DNA from: Eledone cirrhosa
Lineage: Eukaryota
DNA: 64,000 nucleotides
Assembly (NCBI GenBank): GCA_964016885.1
Contig: OZ024740.1
Span: 133,548,001-133,612,000, forward strand
Reading direction: 5' to 3'
Shown: positions 55,346-64,000 of the stretch, in pieces
Layout of the letters: every line of letters begins with the position of its first letter
Numbering within the stretch: position 1 is the first letter of the stretch
Made by a program: the position numbers and the translations under genes
Notes under the pieces: generated by a model
What the model saw: the letters and a program-made list of their open reading frames with translations, nothing else
Database searches by the model: none
What the model was told of the DNA's origin: nothing

Positions 55346-55784
55346 TATATACCCATACATACAAGCACATACATATACATACATACACACAAAAATAAAG
55401 ATCTATATATAAAAAAGGTGGGTGTGTAAAGGATAAGGGACAAGGTAGGGGGAATAAGAAAAATAAATAACATAGGATAAAAATATATGTATAAATATGA
55501 GATGAGGGAGAATATATGGGTACAGAATGTTAGTTCAGAGAGTAATAATAATCGTAGTGGATGTAAAGCGTAATGAGTAAAGAAGAGTTCTAGGTGGTTG
55601 AGTCATCGTAGGAATGTCAATCCAGTTACAAAGTAGATGTGATTTCAGATGAGGACAACATCTGAAGATCTCGGAGATTTGGGAGAAATTTCTCCAACAT
55701 TTGAAAGCCACTTCCACTTGACTTAAATCCAAGACCGAGATCTTCAGATGTTGTCTTCATCTTAAATCACATCTACTTTCGATA

Positions 55785-58572
55785 TTACCATGGTATCGTC
55801 TGACTCATCGCAGATTACCGATCTTCTGGGAATGTTTGTCCTTAATATGATAAATAGAAAATTGCCGGAGATTACCGGTGGTTTATTTAGGGATGATATA
55901 TTATTTACTGTAGTTAAATATAGCAATAGTGAACTAAATAGGGTTAAGAAAACAATTATAGAATTCTTAAAAAATTATGAGCTGAAATTAGAAGTAGAAA
56001 GTAACAGTAAAGTAGTTAACTTCCTTGATTAAGCCCAATGACAACCTAAATTATGAGCTTTCATTCCAATCATCCTAAATCTGTTTAAAATGCAATAGTC
56101 AATAGTTTTCAACAACGTCTAACTAGATTATCTGCTAACAAAACATTTTTGATAACAAAGCTGGATATAATAATGAAGCGTAGCATAAGGCAGGATATAA
56201 AATTAATATTGAATATGTAGATAATATTAATTCTAATTACACACTAAATAATCATAGGAATAATAAAAATAAAGCAGACTCTAAAAATAAAAATAATTTA
56301 AATATAAATAAAAATACTAATTTCGTGAGTAAATCCGGGGAAAAAAATCAGAACTAAATCAGTTATCTGGTACGCACCACCAGCATCTTTAGCTATTAAA
56401 ACACCCCTAGCACAATTATTTTTTAAGGCATTAGATAAATGTTTCCCTAGAACACATAAATACTATTCTATCTTCAATAGACACACAGTTAAGCTATCTT
56501 ACTCTACAACTATGAATATGGCTCAAAACATGGCAAAAATAAATAGCAGAATTCTTAGTTATACCAACAGATAATTAGTGATAATGACAATATTAATATT
56601 AACAATAATATTGATACAGAGAATAACAATAACATTAATTTAAGCACTTACAGTAGAACACATACACATATTAACAATGATAACGCGAACAGTTTAGATT
56701 ATAGTAATAACAGAAAATCGAACTGTAACTTTAGAAATAGATCTGATTGGCCTTTGCAAAATAACTGCCTTGATAAGAATTTAGTATATAAACGTACCAT
56801 TAAAGCAAATAACATTACCTACAACTACATAGGTGCAACTTCATCGAGCTTTAAACTGAAATTTTCCAATCATAAGCATTCTTTTTATAATCCTGATAAG
56901 AAATTTTCTACTTCTTTATCACAACTAATATGGTCTTTAAAATACTCAATATTTTTGTCCAAGCTTCGCAACTGTCAAGTCTACCAAAATTGCTCTATTT
57001 ATCCTAACTGCAATCTTTGCAATACCGAGACTCTATTAATAATTGCTAATTATGGTAATTTAATTAACAAAAAAAGTGAATTATTCTCGAACTGCCTGTG
57101 CATATCTTCATCTACATTTCAAGCATCATATAAAATTAGGAAAAAACCTTGAATAAGTGTGAAATGATTTTGACTCTTATTAATAATTCCGAGTGTGAAA
57201 TGTTATTGACTCTTAATAATTATTCTTGTAATGCTTTTATTATTATTTCTATTATTAATATTGGATATAAGGTTTCTACCAAACCATAGAAATTGTTTAC
57301 CTGCTCTCTTATAGAATATGTTAATCTCTAGATTGTTTAAATACAATTAGTTTTGATTTTGTATTTTTTAAACCTTGTATCTTATAAATTTGATGCCTGT
57401 AATGTCTTCAGACTCGTAAACCGTTTTATTACTTTAAATATTTGTTTACGTCGTACGAAGATATTGTTTACATTTATCGTATAAAAGTTTCGTTTTATCT
57501 AAATTGATTATAATCTGTACTTAACTTGATGTATAATTTTGAATACAGTAAGAATCTAGTGAAATCAAAATTATAACACTCTTAAGTGTAATTATAACTA
57601 ATAATTAATATTATATATAATTGACAAATATCGATTTAAATCTTATAGTTTATATAAAAACTATACAAATGCTTATATCTAAATACATCTGGTTTAATAA
57701 TATCATATTTATTACATTTATAAGCTTTATAGTTAGTTAGTAACATTTTTATTTTTGATCTTTCTAACTAAATTATTGACTATATTTAATAATCTAAATA
57801 TACGCTCGATTACCCTTGGAATTATGTTAAATTTATCTTTTTCACTATATATTTGTTTTAATTTTGATATAATATAATATTATAGGTTCTTTCAAATATT
57901 ATAATCTAAAAATGTCAAGTTATTTAATTAATAGATTAGTTCTATTTAACTTAATATTTGAAAAAAACGCATCATATACCTTGATTCTCCTTCTCCTTAT
58001 GTAATTGTATGTTACCAGACATAACTCCCTTCCTTTGTTTTTAGTATCATCTCTTTTTCCATTTCTTTCTCTCCTCTAGTTAGCTCTCTCACTCTCTCAT
58101 TTTCTCCTTCTATAATACGGAGGTATACATATTTTATTATTTAAATTTTTAACAGTATGTAGTTATATGTTTATATTTCTTACATCCCTTTATATATACT
58201 TATTATATTTATTATTATATATTTGTTTCATACACCATTTCCTACGTACCCTCTCTATTTTCATGTTACAACTTATGGTATATAAATATTGAATTTTATC
58301 ATAACTAATCACTGCAAAGACTGGAATTGAACCATCAGCACAGTTGATGTATGTCAGACATCAATTTATTTTATCTGATGAGGACGTACTGATGAAATAG
58401 CTCAGTACCTCTGAAATATGTATAATAAAATATATTTGATCACATGAATGTCTATATTTATTAATATTTTGAAGTAATATTAATAACTTCAGAAAACCTC
58501 TTTGTTGAGTGCTTCTAATCTATTGTAAAATTTATTCATTGATTAATCAATGAACTTTGTTAAACTTTTGGT

Positions 58573-58575
<3 letters not shown>
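55785..58575 (+). mobile_element. Penelope-like element related to 8400-11600, 5'-truncated and decayed
   Basis: MVSSDSSQITDLLGMF..GGLFRDD..VVNFLD, SNHPK, WYAPP, LQNNCLDKNLVY..YIGATSSSFK, CNLCNTE; HHR at 58367; ends in (TA)n. Confidence 0.88.
58367..58432 (+). ncRNA. Minimal type I hammerhead ribozyme in the PLE pseudo-LTR
   Basis: TATTTTAT-CTGATGA-GGAC-GTACTGA..TCAGTAC-CTCT-GAAA-TATGTATA-ATAAAATA. Confidence 0.75.
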
Positions 58576-58647
<72 letters not shown>

Positions 58648-59217
58648 GTGTGTGTGTTATCTAGAAATGTTATGAATTCTTTTAACTATAGCAACATAAT
58701 CTTAACTATAATAAAGGATCTATATAATAGGCCATCAAGTCCTCTTCATTGATAAAATAGAAAATAGCACCTTCGGGAGACTAATCTACCCACCGTCATG
58801 ATTGCTGGGCACAAAATACCATTACACCAAAGTGTACATCATATTTTCTTCCTCTATGTAAAGCTATATATGCCTAGCGAAATAAACAAAGAAACGCGTG
58901 TTTTGAAACGATGAGCAAAATCCGAAGTTGAGGAGAAAGTTAGAATATTCATCAATTCTTTTTTCATTCTTTTTTTTCTTTTATTATAGAAAAGTAGTTT
59001 AAACAATAAGACGTAAAAAAATGCAATGAAAAAATGATGAAGCTTTATACTTTCTCATAAGTTGGTAAATATATATGTATATATATGCAAAAGTTCTATT
59101 TAAAATTGTTGGGATACAACAAGTAAATATTTTATAACTGATATAAAGCACTCGACACGTTTTTGGAGTAGATATACGATATTAAATAAATGGAAACTAT
59201 ATTTATAAAACCATATT

Positions 59218-59282
59218 TATTTCACTATACATATTTCAGGGTTACCAAATTAAAATATGGTATGCCTTCATCAGATAGAATA
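59218..59282 (-). ncRNA. Hammerhead ribozyme, left arm
   Basis: Mirror of 60584-60648 with a few substitutions. Confidence 0.72.
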
Positions 59283-60583
59283 CAATATATAAACAGTTTT
59301 ATAAATAATTTTGACGTACCCTATTAGATGCAACCATTATTTTTGTAAGCTGTCTGGATAGTGAGATGTTTATAATTATTTTATTAGTTATAGTGTTAAG
59401 CACAGTTAGAAAAAAGACGGAGAGAAAGAAAAAACGGAGAGAGAGAAGGAGAGAGAGAAAAGGAATGTAATCAGAAAAGAAAGATATAAATAGATAGGAG
59501 GAAAGGAAAAAAGAAAGAAAAAAGGAAGAAATAAGAAAAACAAAAGAAAGCAACAGAGAGATAATAATTCATCATACAGATAGAGAAACTCAAGAGAGAG
59601 GAAGTACTATATAGAGAGAGGAGGATATAGTGACAACTTTACGTCATGTCATATTAAGTTGAATGAATAATAAAGATGTAAATATCAATATTCATGAATG
59701 GGACATAGATATATAATATGAGAAAATAACATTGTTCAATAACGACCATATGTATAGTTTAAAACCTTGAGGTCAATATACCAAAATCTGAGTTAAAACC
59801 TTAAAAAAATACCCTATTTATAAAAATACGGATACACATATGTATATATATATACACGCATATGTACGTCCTGAAAAAAGAGAAATTATGTCTATTCCAG
59901 TCAATAATATAGACACACAAATGATTTCACTTGATCACTTCTATACATTTCTTGTGTTATAAAAATTTCACAGTATATATACATAAAAATACATATGCGT
60001 GTATATATATATACATATGTGTATCCGTATTTTTATAAATAGGGTATTTTTGAAGGTTTTAACTCAGATTTTGGTATATTGACCTCAAGGTTTTAAACTA
60101 AACATATGGTCATTATTGAACAATGTTATTTTCTCATATTATATATCTATGTCCCATTCATGAATATTGATATTTACATCTTTATTATTCATTTCATATG
60201 AATTGTTAACTCAACTTAATATGACATGACGTAAAGTTGTCACTATATCCTCCTCTCTCTATATAGTACTTCCTCTCTCTTGAGTTTCTCTATCTGTTGC
60301 TTTCTTTTGTTTTTCTTATTTCTTCCTTTTTTCTTTCTTTTTTCATTTCCTCCTATCTATTTATATCTTTCTTTTCTGATTACATTCCTTTTCTCTCTCT
60401 CCTTCTTTTTCTCTCTCCTTCTCTCTCTCCGTTTATTCTTTCTCTCCGTCTTTTTTCTAACTGTGCTTAACACTATAACTAATAAAATAATTATAAACAT
60501 CTCACTATCCAGACAGCTTACAAAAATAATGGTTGCATCTAATAGGGTACGTCAAAATTATTTATAAAACTGTTTATATATTG

Positions 60584-60648
60584 TATTTTATCTGATGAAG
60601 GCATACCATATTTTAATTTGGTATCCCTGAAATATGTATAATGAAATA
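60584..60648 (+). ncRNA. Hammerhead ribozyme, right arm
   Basis: TATTTTAT-CTGATGA-AGGCATACCA..TGGTATCCCT-GAAA-TATGTATA-ATGAAATA. Confidence 0.75.
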
Positions 60649-60730
60649 AATATGGTTTTATAAATATAGTTTCCATTTATTTAATATTGTATGTATATAT
60701 ATATATATATTCGTTTGTATAATTGTATGT

Positions 60731-60897
<167 letters not shown>

Positions 60898-60899
60898 AC

Positions 60900-61297
60900 A
60901 TACAAATATTAATAAAATAGATGTTCTTTTGATCAATTACATTTTATTATACATATTTCGGAGGTACAACTGTACATCCTCATCAGACAAAATATAATGA
61001 TACATGACATACCCTGAGATGTTAAATGCTTAAGATTTAATCAAGGTACTACCTCGATTAAATCTTAACCATTTAACATCTCAGGGTATGTCATGTATCA
61101 TTATATTTTGTCTGATGAGGATGTACAGTTGTACCTCCGAAATATGTATAATAAAATATAATTGATCAATAGAATATCTATTTTATTAATATTTGTATTT
61201 TAATATTAATAACTCTGGAAAATTATTTGTCCTTAGAGTGCTTCCAATCTACTGTAAAACTTATTCTCTGATATACTCATTGAATCTTGTTTAACTC

Positions 61298-61300
<3 letters not shown>
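60900..61300. repeat. Fold-back pseudo-LTR (hairpin 60900-61198) with HHRs at 60941-60996 (minus) and 61102-61160 (plus)
   Basis: TATATTTTGT-CTGATGA-GGATGTACAGTTGTACCTCC-GAAA-TATGTATA-ATAAAATATA and its mirror; (TA)n flanks. Confidence 0.85.
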
Positions 61301-61337
<37 letters not shown>

Positions 61338-61339
<2 letters not shown>

Positions 61340-61500
61340 CGAAGAAAATGTGGCAAGGAACCAGATGGACCATAACGCACCAAAGTACTCAATACTTAGG
61401 GTAGTAGAGTGGGTAATAGGAACGAGTAAGGAGCCCGCCGGCTGAGCTCAATCCGTTTCGACGGCTAATTCTGGACCAGCCGTCGGGCGTCCTTCTCGTT

Positions 61501-61547
<47 letters not shown>

Positions 61548-61747
61548 CGAAGGAAATGTGGTAAGGAACCAGATGGACCATAACGCACCAAAGTACTCAA
61601 TACTTAGGGTAGTAGAGTGGGTAATAGGAACGAGTAGGACCCCGACGGCTGAGCTCAAGCCGTTTCGACGGCTAATTCTGGACGACTAATCCAGAATTAG
61701 CCGTCGAAACGGCTTGAGCTCAGCCGTCGGGTCCTACTCGTTCCTAT
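61338..61747 (-). repeat. Two adjacent fold-back elements separated by (TA)n
   Basis: 61338-61503 and 61546-61747 share about 140 bp; near-perfect hairpin at 61624-61747. Confidence 0.85.
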
Positions 61748-61765
61748 ATATATATATATATATAT

Positions 61766-62029
61766 AGAAAAAAAGATGAAATCGAAAATGCGACTGGAGT
61801 CTTATTTAAAAAAAATATATATATATTTATTTGGTTCCTTTACCGGTTTCGCAGTTCTTCTGCTTTTCAAAATTAGAGTTGAGATGGAGGGTCAAACCAC
61901 AGACCCTCCATCTCAACTCTACTTTTGAAAAGCAGAAGAACTGCGAAACCGGTAAAGGAATCAAATAAATATATATATGTTTGTTTTAAATAAGACTCCA
62001 GTTGTATTTTCAATTTCATCTTTTTTTCT
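61766..62029. repeat. Fold-back element with a degenerate HHR in each arm
   Basis: About 130-bp arms; CTT-TTGAAAA-GCAG-AAGAA-CTGC-GAAA-CCGGTA-AAGG at 61922-61958. Confidence 0.75.
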
Positions 62030-62088
62030 TTATACTTTCACTCGTGTAGGACACCTCGGTTATTTTTGATTTTGTAAAAAAACCTCAC

Positions 62089-62186
<98 letters not shown>

Positions 62187-62475
62187 TTGCGAGGTTTTTT
62201 ATATGAAATCGTGTGTCGAAACAAATATTGTTATACTTGGGGAGGGTCATATTTGTGTAATATTGCTATATGATAAACTATGTATATGTGTTTGTGTCTA
62301 TATTGTATCTGTATTATTTTTGACCGTCGGTCAGTCAATGGCAACATTGAGGACCGAATAAACTAGATTACCGATATAAAAGACACAGAAGAGAAAAGCG
62401 AAAACCAACCAAACAGTGAGTGTGTTCTGTTATTAATTCTGGCAATATTACACAAATATGACCCTCCCCAAGTAT

Positions 62476-62539
<64 letters not shown>

Positions 62540-62569
62540 GGGTTTGTATGATTGTGTATAGAAGATTAT

Positions 62570-62958
62570 ATTAATAAAAGGAATTCCAACTTTGTCTGAT
62601 TTACTCGTTTTATTTACAATCCTTTAACATTTATAATGGTATTAGAATGAAATATTATGGTAGAATATTAAATGTTAAGTGTTAATTGAACAAGTACTGT
62701 CATGCTTTCACAATCTTCAGGTTCACATTCTGTGGTGACAGTCAAGTATGCAATGTTCAACTGACAGTTGAAAATTGCATATTTGACTGTCACCACAGAA
62801 TGTGAACCTGAAGATTGTGAAAGCATGACAGTACTTGTTCAATTAACACTTAACATTTAATATTCTACCATAATATTTCATTCTAATACCATTATAAATG
62901 TTAAAGGATTGTAAATAAAACGAGTAAATCAGACAAAGTTGGAATTCCTTTTATTAAT
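62570..62958. repeat. Near-perfect 389-bp hairpin
   Basis: About 190-bp arms centred near 62766; CTGAAGA..GAAA in each arm. Confidence 0.9.
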
Positions 62959-64000
62959 GTATATATATATATATATACATATGTATAAATATACATATAT
63001 ACATATATGCCACGTGGGTGTGAGTGGGTGGGTGCACGCTTGGGTTTAGATATACACATGTGCGTGAATGTACTACATTATTATGCATTATACGAGAATG
63101 TGTATTCTAATTTTCTTTCCAGTTAATTCCTCTAATGATATTATATCACCAGTCTTATTATTTTTGTCTTAATAATGTACAAAATCTTCTTATCATTTAC
63201 ACAATCTTCATTTTCTCTCAGAAAGCTATTTTATCTCGTCATATGAATTTGTACCACCAGCCAAATGAAAGCTATATTACGTGAATAATTGTTTAGAACA
63301 ATAAGAAAAATACTGTAGAACATTCTGCTTACACAATACAAATACGTTATGGTCTCGCATTTTTAACATAGCTATCTTCTATGACATGAGATTATTCATG
63401 AAATTTCCACACAAAACTATTCCTCACTGTATCTTAAAATGTAGAAAGTAGAATCAAGAGACATGACCTGAATAAATTCAGCATACTGAAATTGTTGAAA
63501 AAGTAAAGATGACACAAGTGGGTGTGAATATATTCTTTAAAGTAGTTAATGTAAATAACATACCCTTTATTGTCTTTTAAAAACCTCTTCAGTGAAATAT
63601 ATTTTACACAGTTGATAAGACTTGGTGCGTTATAACGTATGTAGCTTTGACAACTACTTGGTTTATTTCTTTGAGCAGTAGACATAAATAATTTTCTTGC
63701 GATCTTAAGTATTTAGTTATTAAATACAATAGTGTACAATAATCATTATGGATGAAATGCGTAGCCTGATTCTTTATTTGTAAAACTAACCTTACTAACA
63801 CATACACGCACACAAACACACACACATTAAATATGATAGAAGAGAATGTGACGGCACCAGAATGTGTACTGGAATAGAAGGACCATTTTCAGATGACTCA
63901 ACAAATCCATTATTACTGGTTCAACCTTCAACGTCCTCTCAAACCATATGATGATCAGCAGGACGGGAACTATCAGTTAACCCCCATTCAACGAATTACC

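Larger units (their letters stand above)
59085..60690. repeat. About 1.5-kb fold-back of two head-to-head PLE pseudo-LTRs
   Basis: About 59180-59866 is the reverse complement of about 59990-60685 with few indels; HHR in each arm. Confidence 0.9.

Noticed and set aside
62805-62840. CTGAAGA-TTGT-GAAA as a hammerhead
   Set aside because: No stem II and no clear stem III or NUH site; only the hairpin is reported

Overview
AT-rich, microsatellite-dense animal intergenic or intronic DNA. The SINE set, the (TA)n density and the transposon mix resemble Octopus/coleoid cephalopod, which is an inference. No host protein-coding exon is supported, and most short ORFs are translations of microsatellites. 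The window holds decayed mobile elements: a Tx1/L1-type LINE, three Penelope-like elements (PLE; RT plus C-terminal GIY-YIG), RTE and CRE-type LINE fragments, a hAT-type transposase, two mariners, a deleted LTR element with a tRNA-Trp primer site, and tRNA-derived SINEs. The main signal missed by the ORF track is RNA structure. I read more than 20 type I hammerhead ribozyme (HHR) motifs (stem I, CUGANGA, stem II, GAAA, short often palindromic stem III, NUH) from many unrelated sequence families. They lie in PLE pseudo-LTRs, in non-coding 460-570 nt terminally redundant or tandem units, and in fold-back insertions, nearly all placed in (TA)n tracts. The clearest case is a near-perfect array of a 459-bp non-coding unit (24188-27533) with one HHR per unit and an inverted 5' arm. 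This is a candidate retrozyme/circular-RNA element mobilised by PLEs. All folds and family calls were made by eye, with no computation or database search.
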